From: Octopus sinensis
Taxonomy: Eukaryota
Length of the DNA: 64,000 bases
Direction: 5' to 3'
Assembly (NCBI RefSeq): GCF_006345805.1
Contig: NC_042997.1
Location: 185,690,001 to 185,754,000, forward strand
The notes beneath the pieces are model-generated. The model ran no database searches, was not told where the DNA came from, and saw only the letters and a program-made list of their open reading frames with translations. This document shows positions 13,195-26,104 of the stretch, piece by piece (within the stretch, counting starts at the first letter, position 1; each line of letters starts with the position of its first letter). Made by a program: the position numbers and the translations under genes.

Positions 13195-13702
13195 GAGTGA
13201 GAGAGCAGTGCATGCCATCAAAGTGACACTGGGGTAAAATATACAAAGCCCAATATACCCATCATGACCAACCATCTGATAAGGTACACCAGGCACATGC
13301 ACCACAACCATATGTGCGCGACATGGTGATCTCATATCAAGATAAACAGCACATGACCTTGCAGGTGGGGCCCAGTTAGAATTTTCTTCAGGTCGAGTAG
13401 CCCATCCCGCTCAAAAGGTCCTTGAATAAGGGTTGTTTAAGGATGTTGAACGAAACACCCATGTTTCCAGAGGTGAATTATTCAAACCCCAAAGAATCCC
13501 TCTCAACACATGGCTATGATGCTCCCCCACTACTTCTGCTCGTGATCAGAGATGCACATATCGTCAGCCACTAAGGGACATGCTCAACTGGTTAAGGTCA
13601 AACAACTGACAAGCAAATCTGTGGTATTGAGCAGAATATTTGCTGTAGCCCATCTTTTATACCAAGACAAAACAATGTACATGTTAACACTTCCAATCAG
13701 TT
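13195..13702 (-). mobile_element. (TAA)n-inserted element copy (triplication unit 2)
   Basis: Same sequence, with (TAT)n flanks. Confidence 0.88.
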
Positions 13703-13710
13703 ATTATTAC

Positions 13711-13742
<32 letters not shown>

Positions 13743-13765
13743 TATTATTATTATTATTATTATTA

Positions 13766-13819
<54 letters not shown>

Positions 13820-14032
13820 TAATATTAGTATTAGTATTATTATTATTGTTGTTGTTTTTGTTGTGTTGTTAGTAGTAGTACTAGTAATAGTAGTAGTAGT
13901 TGTTGTTTTTGTTGTAGTAGTAGTAATAATAGTTGTAGTAGTAGTAGAAGTGTTAGTAATAGTAGTGGTAATGGTGGTGTTAGTAGTAGTATAGTATTGC
14001 TGTTGCTGTTGTTGTTGTTGTTGATGACGCTA

Positions 14033-14076
<44 letters not shown>

Positions 14077-14096
14077 ATTGATGATGATGATGGTAT

Positions 14097-14128
<32 letters not shown>

Positions 14129-14479
14129 GTGTTGTTGTTGTTGTTATTCCACTCAGGCTGACTTTGCTTTTGATCCTTTCAGGGGTCGATAAATGGAGTA
14201 CCAGTTGGGCACTTGAGTTGACATAATCGACTTGTTCCTTCTCCCTCTAAAACTTTTTGACCTTCTGCCAAAATTTGAAAAGCATTAATTATTATGAACA
14301 CCTCCTCCCTATTAAGAATTACACATTCTTGATTTTTTCCCACTGTGTTAGTCTTGCTTACACGCAATACCCTCACAACAGCCCATATACTCACACATAT
14401 ACATACACACACATTCTGTGTTTTGTCCTCTTCTGTTCATAATGTTTTACTTAATGTAAACCCTTTACGGTTAATAAAC

Positions 14480-14514
<35 letters not shown>

Positions 14515-14553
14515 TTCTTCTTCTTCTTCATTATTATTATTATTACTATTATT

Positions 14554-15062
14554 GAGTGAGAGAGCAGTGCATGCCATCAAAGTGACACTGGGGTAAAATA
14601 TACGAAGCCCAATATACCCATCATGACTACCCGTCTGATAAAGGTACACCAGGCACATGCATCACAACCATATGTGCGCGACATGGTGATCTCATATCAA
14701 GATAAACAGCACATGACCTTGCAGGTGGGGCCCAGTTAGAATTTTCTTCAGGTTGAGTAGCCCATCCCGCTCAAAAGGTCCATGAATAAGGGTTGTTTAA
14801 GGATGTTGAACGAAACACCCATGTTTCCAGAGGTGAATTATTCAAACCCCAAAGAATCCCTCTCAACACATGGCTATGATGCTCCCCCACTACTTCTGCT
14901 CGTGATCAGAGATGCACATATCGTCAGCCACTAAGGGACATGCTCAACTGGTTAAGGTCAAACAACTGACAAGCAAATCTGTGGTATTGAGCAGAATATT
15001 TGCTGTAGCCCATCTTTTATACCAAGACAAAACAATGTACATTTTAACACTTCCAATCAGTT
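14554..15062 (-). mobile_element. (TAA)n-inserted element copy (triplication unit 3)
   Basis: Same sequence, with (TAT)n flanks. Confidence 0.88.
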
Positions 15063-15078
15063 ATTATTACTATTATTA

Positions 15079-15146
<68 letters not shown>

Positions 15147-15352
15147 TATATTATTATTATTATTATTATTATTACTAATATTAGTATTAGTATTATTATT
15201 ATTGTTGTTGTTATTGTTGTTATTATATGAACATAGCTTATTTTGCTGGATATGATGGAAAGTGTCAGCTGCGCACAGACAGCAGACTAAGCTATCATTT
15301 GTTTACTTGCCATGTTTCATGAACTCTGCGAAGGGTTAATTATTTATTATTA

Positions 15353-15642
<290 letters not shown>

Positions 15643-16898
15643 TGTTTTTTTAGAACTAGCGGTTTATCACTTTGCACACTGCCTCTTCTTCAAGAAAAGC
15701 ATCAGGCAAGGAGACCTGTCTTTTTACGTGACACATGAATAACTTCCTTCTTTTATCATCTTGCGTATGTTTATATTCGCAGATATAAGACAATATATGA
15801 GACATTATATATATGACACATGTTTATTAAATTTAGATCGGAAATGAAGCTTTGAAGGGTTAGTTAATTCAGGTTACTGTGATTCCATGCTTTTAACCTT
15901 CGGTTGTAATGTTCCTCTGATTCATATTCATATCGAACTATGTGGCTGGTGAAAAATGTAGACGTGAAGATGTTTTAGAAAAATTCTACTCAGCAGAAGA
16001 GTATACGAAAAGAACCATTTCTGAAGAGAGATAAAGCTATTCTAGTGCCTCTGTTGAAAGCTTTTATAAAATCGGATCAACACAAAAAAATACAAAAAAC
16101 AAACAGACAAAAACGTTAAAACGGCGAAAATAGGATAGAAAATGAGAGCAGAGTTCAATTGTGAGTAGTAATTGGAAGTTTACCAAGGTTTTCTTGGATG
16201 ACATTTGGAATGAATGAATTTGTATATGTATTAACTACGCTCACCTTAGAAACTGAGTTAAGATATTTTGCGCTCTTTTGACGTTTAACGGCTATTCAAG
16301 GGTAAAGTAATTTCAAACACCAAAGAAGTCATCATGACTTGGATCGTTAGGCGTGTAATCGGAGATAATCCTAGGCTAGTAAAAAGGATTGCTGTTTCGT
16401 TTTAGTTTGTATTGACAATGAACAGAGGCGAGAGAATTAAATTTGTATGATATCTCTAGCAATTCAAGCAGCAACAAAAACTTATTCTGGGAAGTAATGA
16501 GCCACGCTGCGTTGTAGTTAGGCATGTTAGAAATAGCAGCTATATTTTCCCGAAATCACATCTTAGTATCGCAAAAGAGGAAAACTCATATTGATACATT
16601 GTTTGAAACAAAAGGCTGCATGCTTTTTAATGGAACTCTTTCATCGTAGTTCTATTTGTTCAACGCTGACCTGGAACTGAGCTAAAAGCAAAACTATGAC
16701 GATAACATTTTAACGGGTTATGCGAAGCGACTAATCGTTAGAATGTTGGATACAATGCTTTGCAGTATTTGTTTCACCTCTCTGCAGTTCAAATCCTACC
16801 AAGGTCAATTTAAACTATCATCCGTTCGAGATTTATAAAAAGAAAAATGCATCATTCAAAGGCGATGAATTAATAGAATAATATACAGCATTCACGTT

Positions 16899-17151
16899 GA
16901 GGCGTAACGGTCCAGTTTTTAGGGCAGCGGACTCGCGGTCGTAGGATCGCGGTTCCGATTCCCAAACCGAGCATTGTGAGTGTTTATTGAGCGAAAACAC
17001 CTAAAGCTCCACGAGGCTCATCAGTGGCGTGGAGAGGGGAGGCTGGTATACATGGGCGACTGCTGGTCTTCCATAAACAACCTTACCCGGACTTGTGCCT
17101 CGGAGGGTAACTTTCTAGGTGCAATCCCATGGTCATTCATGACCGAAGGGG
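16899..17151 (+). mobile_element. tRNA-derived SINE: head C + tail E
   Basis: The head gaggcg...agggcagcggactcgcggtcgtaggatcgcggttccgattccc (A/B-box like) is joined to the tail shared with 4897-5126, which ends in a GGTCA-TTCA-TGACC hairpin. Confidence 0.85.
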
Positions 17152-17709
17152 ATTACAATACAACAGTACAGCATTCACCCGGGATGCTCTGGGATAGTTG
17201 TTCCATCCTGTGCATTCTGTGTTCAATTTCCACCAGGGCAACGACGAACGGGGACACTTCTCTCAGTTGTTACGACGACCGAGAGATAACACTATCAATT
17301 CTAATGACCAAACTTTCTAGAGATTTATTACTCCCACCACCATCATCACCACCATCACCACCACCACCATCATCACCACCACCATCACCACCACCACCAT
17401 CACCGCCGCCCAGAGCGCTATCGCTGCCGCCGCCTCCTCCACCAGCTCCATGGTGATAATAACAAGGAAAATATTAAATGGGTAATAGGATTGTGAAAAT
17501 AAAATGTTATTTTCTTTATGGGTTTGTATAAGGCCATATATTTTAAGATAGAAGCAATTTAGATAATGGTCATAACCTACTGGTTTTCATATTTACTCTT
17601 GTAGTCTTCCATAGAAAAATTTCCCATTTCGTGCGATTCAAGGACACACTTATACACACACACGCATATAAATATATGTGAGTGTGTGTATGAGGCTATG
17701 CATGTATGC

Positions 17710-17744
<35 letters not shown>

Positions 17745-18288
17745 ATATTTATATAAAGATATATATAATATATGTGTGTGTATGAGGCTATGTATGTATG
17801 TATCTATCTATATATGTATATATATACAGATACACACACTCACATGTATGTAATTTGTGTGTGGGGGTATTTTGTGTGTGTGGGGTGTTTTGTGTGTATG
17901 TGTGGGGGTGGGGGTGCTGGATAGAAAAAGAGAGACAAAACCAGAGAGAGACTGTCTGTTCCTATTTGATGAAATATATATCATATATACCTAATTAAAT
18001 GCTTTGCTATATATCCTTATAATGGTACCTACTCAAATTCACTATGTTACTTTTTTTTTCTCCTCTGGTGTTATATTTTTAAGTATGAAATTTTCTGGAT
18101 CATTTTTTTACCCTGAAATTCCCATGAATATTAATAAATCATGAATATAAATAAATACAAATGAAACAAAAAAAAAAACAACACACACACACACATAACC
18201 GCAAATAGATACTTTGACACACGTATCAATACACATTTATATATGACTCACATATCTTCACATTAAGACACACACTAACTCGTAAGAC

Positions 18289-18331
<43 letters not shown>

Positions 18332-18748
18332 CACACACACACACACAACACACACACACACACACACACACACAAGCAAATTAGTTTGAGACCATACGCA
18401 CAAGTACACATTCGTGTACAAATTCATACAGATGCAAACATACATACATGAATACATTACGTATATACACACCCATAAAGTTTCAAGTTAATGGCTCTCT
18501 GTCGGATTCGGCGATGACTATCGTAGATGTGCGACCCGCTTAACTCCACCTAATCTGTGATTTACTGTGCAATGACACTGGTAGATTCAGTTTCGTTCAG
18601 CTGGCTCTTTGAATTACATGTACAATTAGTTTGATCGGCTGTCGCAGTTTTCGATTGCCTAATCTCATTCACAAGTTCAGAATTGGCCCAGAGTAATCGT
18701 TAAATTCTCTTATCGAAGATATGCGGTAGGATAGTTGTAATAAGTACC

Positions 18749-18968
18749 TTTTTTTTATATTGAAAATCCCAAACAAGGCATGGGACCATTTAGTGTAAGG
18801 GACTATAAAGGAGAAATTAAAACCGAAGGAATGAATTTACTTTAGACTTGAACGAGTTCAGCTCATAACTAGAAGGAAAACGATAAAATGGAAAGAGTTC
18901 CAAAATCCGGCCGTCCGGGGGAAAATCGCTACAACTGTAGAAAGACTTCCTTATTCGTGGAAACACAT
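18749..18968 (-). mobile_element. LINE 3' end (CR1/Jockey-like) with poly(A)
   Basis: Minus frame reads FPRIRKSFYSCSDFPPDGRILELFPFYRFPSSYELNSFKSKVNSFLRF*, followed by a short UTR and caatataaaaaaaaa. Confidence 0.65.
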
Positions 18969-19095
18969 TTGTTGTTGTTGTTGTAATCGTCGTCGTCATC
19001 ATCATCATCATCATCACCACCATCACCACCATCATCACCCCCATCATCACCACCATCACCACCACCACCACCACCACCATCACCACCATCACCAC

Positions 19096-19151
<56 letters not shown>

Positions 19152-19159
19152 CCACCACC

Positions 19160-19211
<52 letters not shown>

Positions 19212-19226
19212 ACATCATCATCATCA
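18969..19226. repeat. (CAT)n/(CAC)n compound microsatellite
   Basis: Read directly. Confidence 0.95.
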
Positions 19227-19249
19227 CTAATAATAATGCTGATATATTA

Positions 19250-19682
19250 ACTCATGCTTTGTTAAAACTCCTGGAGTCTTGCATGCGTTGCGGGAGTCCT
19301 ATCTGCACCCTACGGTACCATGCTATCAATTCTTTTCATCTGTCTAATACCATTCCTGGTGGTTCTGACGGTCCCTATGAGGCAAACTTTTTTTGCAACA
19401 TTTCCCCTGTGTACCCGATTTCCGTTTCCTCTCTTGATGCTTTGAGATACTCTCCCCCAGGATCCAACAACAATTTGCGCTATCTTCATCTTGTCTACAA
19501 CCACTAGGCCCTGCTGGTTGTGCTCAAATACCTGCGCTGCTCGGAGTGGAAGATCGAACAGAAGTTGGCATGTCTCCGAATCTGCCACTCTGTGGCTTGT
19601 GCTCATGACACACCTTACTTCTTTCTAACTATAACTTGTCATCCAGTTTCAAATACTGCATTTCTGCTACCTCATCGTCAAC
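19250..19682 (-). mobile_element. R4/Dong-like non-LTR retrotransposon 3' fragment (restriction-like endonuclease), family 3, decayed
   Basis: ORF 19310-19606 reads CQLLFDLPLRAAQVFEHNQQGLVVVDK (cf. ILWDF..QTD..IEHNRPDIVVVDK) and AKKVCLIGTVRTTR (cf. QK..LLGTA.ILR). The 5' junction is a (TAA)n tract. Confidence 0.7.
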
Positions 19683-19687
19683 TATTA

Positions 19688-19722
<35 letters not shown>

Positions 19723-19977
19723 GAGTGAGAGAGCAGTTCATGCCATCAAAGTGACACTGGGGTAAAATATACGAAGCCCAATATACACATCATGACTACC
19801 CGTCTGATAAGGGTACCACCAGGCACATGCATCACAACCATATGTGCGCGACATGGTGATCTCATATCAAGGTAAACAGCGCATGACCTTGCAGGTGGGG
19901 CCCAGTTAGAATTGTCTTCAGGTCGAGTCGCCCATCCCGCTCAAAAGGTCCCTGAATAAGGGCTGTTTAAGGATGTT
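19723..19977 (-). mobile_element. (TAA)n-inserted element, 5'-truncated (~255 bp)
   Basis: Retains the gagtgagagagc end and has (TAT)n on both sides. Confidence 0.88.
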
Positions 19978-20043
19978 ATTATTATTATTACTATTATTAT
20001 TATTATTATTATTATCATTATTATTATTATATTATTATTATTA

Positions 20044-20075
<32 letters not shown>

Positions 20076-20091
20076 TATTATTATTATTATT

Positions 20092-20466
20092 CAGTAGTTT
20101 TATTTTTATAGCGTGCTTTCACTTCACTACCGAGCGCAGCTCTGTGTGCCTTGGGTATGTGCTGTGATTTGTTGTGATGCTCTGATGGTTATTGTATGGA
20201 AAGTGTTCTGCGTAGGATGTGTGCAGTGCCTAGTAGTGCAATTTTCTGTATGTTATATGTGTTTGTAAGTCCTGGTGTTTTTGTTATGTATTTGTCTGAA
20301 TATTTTTTTATTATGCCTAATGCACCTACTATGATAGGAATTGTTTCTGTTTTCAGGTTCCACATTCTAGTTATCTCTATTTCCAGGTCTTTGTATTTTG
20401 AGAGTTTCTCCATTTCTTTTAGAGACACGTTGTCATCTGCCGGTATTGATACATCAATTAGAAAGC
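20092..20466 (-). mobile_element. R4/Dong-like retrotransposon 3' end (RLE C-terminus + 3' UTR), family 1, 5'-truncated, inserted in (TAA)n
   Basis: Intact frame CFLIDVSIPADDNVSLKEMEKLSKYKDLEIEITRMWNLKTETIPIIVGALGIIKK...IQKIALLGTAHILRRTLSIQ*, flanked by (TAA)n on both sides of the sense strand. Confidence 0.9.
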
Positions 20467-20522
20467 ATTATTATTATTATTATTATTATTGTTATTGTTG
20501 TTGGTGTTGTTGTTGTTGTTGA

Positions 20523-20745
20523 TCTGCCGGAATCGTTCGCAGACCGGGCGAAATGCTTAGCGGCATTTCGTCTTCTGCACGTACTGAATTCAGATTCTGC
20601 CGAGGTCGACTTTGCTTTTCATCTTTTCGGGGTCGATAAATTAATTTCCAGTGAAACAATGGGGTCGATGTAATCGACCTATCCCTTCCCCTCAAATTTC
20701 AGGCCTTGTGTCTATAGTAGAAAAGATTATTATCATTATTGTTGT
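20523..20745 (+). mobile_element. tRNA-derived SINE with ttttcatcctttcggggtcgataaa core (Meta-like), tail M2 ending in (ATT)n
   Basis: The head and core match 56590-57227. The tail is cccttcccctcaaatttcaggccttgtg..tagtagaaaagattatt. Confidence 0.8.
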
Positions 20746-20761
20746 TGTAGTCGTCGTCGTC

Positions 20762-20876
20762 GTCTTCTTCTTCTTCTTCTTCTTCTTCTTCTTCTTCTTC
20801 TTCTTCTTCTTCTTCTTCTTCTTCTTCTTCTTCTTCTTCTTCTTCTTCTTCTTCTTCTTCTTCTTCTTCTTCTTCT
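20762..20876. repeat. Long pure (TTC)n tract
   Basis: About 38 uninterrupted TTC units. It forms the (GAA)n tail of the adjacent minus-strand element. Confidence 0.95.
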
Positions 20877-21034
20877 CACGCCATTAGCCACAAAGAATAA
20901 TCTCTAATTGGAGCCTACTCTAAGCTACTAAGAGTGCGTGTGGCAACTTGAAGATCCATCCACCACACGCGAATCGAAACCGTGTTCTTACGATTGCGAG
21001 TCCGCTGCCCTAACCACTGGGTCATTGCGTCTCC
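20877..21034 (-). mobile_element. tRNA-derived SINE head C joined to a distinct tail ending in (GAA)n
   Basis: The reverse complement starts ggagacgcaatgacccagtggttagggcagcggactcgc (head C). The body that follows is not shared with other copies here. Confidence 0.65.
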
Positions 21035-21074
21035 TCTTGTTGTTGTTGTTGTTGATGTTGCTATTATTATTTGA

Positions 21075-21235
21075 AACGGTGAGGTGGCAGAATCGTTAGA
21101 GCGCCGAGCAAAACGCTTAGCGGCATTTCGTCTGATATTTACGTTCTTAGTTCAAATTCCTTCGTGGTCGACTTTGCTTTTCATCCTTTTGGGATCCATA
21201 AAATAAGCACCGGTTGAGTACTGGGGTCGATGTAT
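21075..21235 (+). mobile_element. Meta-like SINE, truncated
   Basis: Contains gaggtggcagaatcgttag...gttcaaattcc...gtcgactttgcttttcatcc. Confidence 0.75.
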
Positions 21236-22146
21236 CGCTGTCCACATACCAATAGGCAACTGAGAAAAAGCAAATTATTTTCTCCAATCTCCACAAACCA
21301 GTCCTCTCTTTCTTGAAAACCCACCATCATCATTTGATATTTATTTCCAGCTCATAAGATTTATGCGGCAGTCCACTCGTAAATGTGTTCAAAAGATATG
21401 TTAATCTCGTCGGCATCACCTGTTCTAGAGGACCTCTGCGGGGCCATGGGTAATTCCTCCAGAACAAACCAACAAAAACATTTAAAAAGCAAGATTTAAG
21501 AAAATGAGCGATCAATAATCCCTTTCTGCCTCTTATACATCTTTCCCTTTGTCCCCTCTCCTACGTTTTTCCCCAGTTACAATCCCTTTTATTATTATTT
21601 TGTTTTCCTTCTGCTCTATCACCTGCCAAGTACATTTTCCTGCTACCATCTCCTTTGAGATGAGAGAAAGCTCTGGTTTCATGACTATATAAACAGGTTT
21701 TATTTAACCGGTCGTTTGAATTCGCTCAGCATTTACTTATTCCTCCTTCACCTACCCATCTCTCTATTTATAGCTTTTTTTTTTTTTTACATCTTCACCG
21801 CCTGAACCATTCCTCTTTTTTTAATGTGTTCTTAGTATCCTTAATTCAACCAGAGAGCCACATGCCCCAAGATGACCAGGATTTGTCCTCAGAAATCGCC
21901 CCGTTATACGCAGGAAGTAAGATTTATATACATATACATTTAAGCATATGTAAATAAATACATGTATATAGGTATATAAAACGTATACATTTATATAAAT
22001 GTGTATATGTGTATGTATATAAAAACACGCAGACGAATTCACTCATTGACTTTATACGCACAGACGTATACATTCTCACAGATGTATACACTCATTGAAC
22101 TTATACGCGTTGACGTATACGCTCTCATAAAGCAAGGCTTATATAT

Positions 22147-23110
22147 CTATTTCTTTACTACCCTCAAGGGGTTAAGCATAGAGGGGACAAACAAGGACAG
22201 ACAAATGGATTAAATCGATTACATCGACCCCAGTGCGTAACTGGTACTTAATTTATCGACCCCGAAAAGATGAAAGTCAAAGTCGGCCGAGGCGGAATTT
22301 GAACTCAGAACGTAGCGGCGGGCGAAATACCTATTTCTTTACTACCAACAAGGGGCAACACTGAGGGGACAAACAAGGACAGACAAATGGATTAAGTCGA
22401 TTACATCGACCACAGTGCGTAACTGGTACTTAATTTATCGACCCCGAAAGGATGAAAGGCAAAGTCGGCCTCGGCGGAATTTGAACTCAGAACGTAGCGG
22501 CGGGCGAAATACCTATTTCTTCACTACCCACAAGGGGCCACACAGAGGGGACAAACAAGGACAGACAAATGGATTAAGTCGATTATATCGACCCCTGTGT
22601 TCAACTGGTACTTATTTAATCGACCCCGAAAGGATGAAAGACAAAGTCGACCTCGGCGGAATTTGAACTCAGAACCTAGCGACGGGTGAAATACCTATTT
22701 CTTTATTACCCACAAGGGGCTAAACCCAGAGGGGACAAACAAGGACAGACACACGGATTAAGTCGATTACATCGACCCCAGTGCGTAACTGGTACTTAAT
22801 TTATCGACCCCGAAAGGATGAAAGGCAAAGTCGACCTCGGTGAAATTTGAACTCAGAACGTAGTGGCGGGCGAAATACCTATTTCTTTACTACCCACAAG
22901 GGGCTAAACATAGAGGGGACAAACAAGGACATACAAACGGATTAAGTCGATTATATCGACCCCAGTGCGTAACTGGTACTTATTTAATCGACCCCGAAAG
23001 GATGAAAGGCGAAGTCGATCTCGGCGGAATTTGAACTCAGAACGTAACGGTAGACGAAATACCGCTAAGCATTTTGCCCGGCGTGCTAACGATTATGCCA
23101 GCTCGCTGCC
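22147..23110 (-). mobile_element. Five-unit tandem multimer of Meta-like SINE (tail M1), one head plus five bodies
   Basis: Units start near 22147, 22331, 22513, 22695 and 22879 (periods 182-184). The single head is at 23058-23110, and the junction is always GAAATACCTATTTCTT. Confidence 0.92.
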
Positions 23111-25200
23111 TTTAAGGCTTATATATCAACAGCAACAATCTCTTCCTTTTGATAATCATTCATATCGCCAAAGCCTCTCCGTCATTCTTTTACATTAACC
23201 CATATTAACCTACTGTCCTCGTTTGCGGACAGTTGTATTTAGTTTATTTGCTGCAATAAAGGTTAACGGGACGTAAAATAGTGCTTGTTGTATTTATTTA
23301 ACCATTGCATTTGAGGTTTTTTACTGCCATAAAGGTTATCTAGAGGCTTCCGTATGTTTGTTATCCCTATTTATATAACCATCTTAAAAATTTCGACAGG
23401 GTTAACCTGGGTCAATGTCCCTTTGTTGCCCACTCTATCTTTCTGCCTTACATTCTTTCTTTCGCTTACTTTTAGTGTTCACCAATATCGATTCTATAAA
23501 TTCGGAGTAAAGCTAACAATTTTGAATAGGAGTAGCTAATCGCCACCAGTACTTCACTGATATTAAAATTGTTTGGCACCGAATGAATAAAAGTGAAGAT
23601 TCACTTCAGGAAGATTTGAACTCAGGACGTAAAAGCATTACACACCGTAACAGATGCATGTTAGAGTTTTGTGTAAAAAGAGAAATACGTCGGGGCTGCT
23701 TAAAATAAAATATTCTGTGTAATAATACTGATTGGCAATTTGTTTTATTATGACAGTGAATGCAACAAAAGGCCTTTTTTTCCAGACACTACTTTGAGAA
23801 AACACACACACACATACACACACGCAAACACATGCACACACACTCAGACACACGGACACAGAAATACACAGGTACACAAGCAAGTGTAGGTTTGCCCATA
23901 CTTAAAACTTTCTTAATTTTCTTTCTCTCACACATTTCGTTATTTCATCATACCCATTGCTCTGTTTCCCTTTTCCCCTCATTTGTTAATTAATTAAGAA
24001 AGAAATAAAGTAATTGATTAGCTTGTTGTTTCGTTGCAACCCGTGACGTTATTGAAGATGATGTGTTCCTTCGTACTCTTAAGGGTTTTTTTTTGTTTTT
24101 GTTTTTTTTTAATTCTGGCAATCCTTCGATGTTTTATATGCCGACGTTAATGAAAGACTGGTCCTTATATGTCTCAATTTTGAAAAGCAAGAGGTCCCAG
24201 CTAAGTTTCAGTCCCGAATTTACGAATACCATTCGACAAACGACAAATGAGACGTACAAATCGAAAAAATAAAAAAAAAAAAAAATTCATCACATTTCCA
24301 TAATTCTGCCATTTTGGTATTCTTCCTCCATTGTACTTGTTTCTCCACTTTCCCAAGAGACTCTTGTTCCTTTCTAAGACTCCACAATTTCCCTCTTTCT
24401 CACTTACTCTCCCAAATCTTTCTCTTATCCTCTCTTGCTCTCCTCCTTCTCTCTCTCGCTCTCACACACACGCATACATAAATACACTTTCACACACACA
24501 TTTTGGCGCACGAGCCAGCGCATGTTTGCCCACATTTAAGAAATTCTTAATTTTCTATCTTATTTCTTTCTCACATTTCAGTGTTTAATTACACCCTTTT
24601 ATCCTATTGACCTCTTCCTCTTTTTCATTTTTCCACCATTTTATCTTTACACTTCACTCACACACTCTTTCATTTTCATATTCTTTCTTTTCTTGTGTTT
24701 TTTCCCCTCACTCTCCTTTCCCTATTTTCATCACAATATCAGATTACCATAAAGTCTTCATTTAATATTCTCCACGCTTTCAGATTCTGTACCTCACTTT
24801 CCATTTCATGTTTTCACAATCTTTTTTCTCTCTCCTTTTCAAACCACACCATCACTCACTGTGATTACTTGTCTCTTTTTCCCAATTAAAAACAAAATCT
24901 CCCCCTCTTTGTACTTCCAACATTCACGGATCCTAGTAGATGGCAACTACCATTGATATCTCGGTGCGAATGAATCACTGTACTATTGATATGACACATG
25001 CTGCGCACACACATGCACAACTACACACACGCAAAAATATACAAACCAAAATGTTTGTATGAATGTAAGTTTTATATATAAGTGTATATATATATGTGTG
25101 CGTGTGTGTATATACATATATATATACATATACATGCATATATATTAATATATCTATATAGAAATATATGTAAGCATATATATATATGTGTGTGTGTGTT

Positions 25201-25253
<53 letters not shown>

Positions 25254-25350
25254 CATGCATATATATTAATATATCTTTACATAAATATATGTAAGCATAT
25301 AAATTTATATATGTGTGTGTATAAACATATATATATATATTATATATATA

Positions 25351-25449
25351 CTTTATTTAAAGCAGCAGAAATTCAACAAAACCTGTTACTCTGTTACGGG
25401 AAACTCAGAGTAACAGGTTTTGTTGAATTTTCTGCTGCTTTAAATAAAG
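25351..25449. repeat. Near-perfect fold-back hairpin (43/44-bp arms, 12-nt loop)
   Basis: 25351-25393 is the reverse complement of 25406-25449 apart from a 1-nt indel. Confidence 0.9.
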
Positions 25450-25576
25450 CATATTACTCTACCACTGGTATTTGAGTACTCTTTTTCCACCGTTGTTTCA
25501 CATTTAGTGTTACTCCGGTATATATATAATATATATATATATGTATGAGGGTGTATGTGTGTGTGTGTTTGTGTGC

Positions 25577-25625
<49 letters not shown>

Positions 25626-26104
25626 GTGTGCTCAGAATTAAAGCCTAAATTAACAACACTAAGACGAGTAAATTTCGAGGCATGAATATTAGGAAATTTC
25701 TCACGGAACGATTTAGAAAATGGAAGCATATTTGATGCTCTCGAGCCTAAGTTCGCCCTCATTGAATTAAGTATTTAGAAGAGAATTTGAGAACAGGCGT
25801 GATAGAGTAGTGGAAACAAAAAAAAATATGTAGAAGAGATAAAAATATAATAGCTAGGATCGTGAAAAACTGAAGAGTTGGGAATCTGGCTCAAATTATC
25901 TGGCGTAATCTAGTAGTAATCCTGGAGAATTTGAAAAGGCAATCATTAATCTAGTAGAAGAGTTTTCAGATAAAAATTGGGAGGTAATTGGAGGTCAGGA
26001 AAATGAGGTTGATTTGATTCGTTGACAAGCAAGTATAAATTCAGAATTAGCGATGAAAATAACTACAGGTTACAGTCAAAACAAAATGTAATCCGCAATT
26101 GTAA

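Larger units (their letters stand above)
11843..15225. repeat. Local tandem triplication, period ~1.36 kb
   Basis: Units start at 11843, 13195 and 14554 (third partial). Each contains a TAA-element, a compound microsatellite, a SINE remnant and an identical unique spacer. Confidence 0.92.

Noticed and set aside
21260-21470. Minus-strand exon-like segment (GDADEINISF, MMP-like)
   Set aside because: All frames hit stops between the plausible acceptor and donor.
22147-23110. CRISPR-like interpretation of regularly spaced repeats (also 28035-30527 and 56590-57227)
   Set aside because: The units are full tandem copies without unique spacers, the context is eukaryotic, and there are no cas genes.
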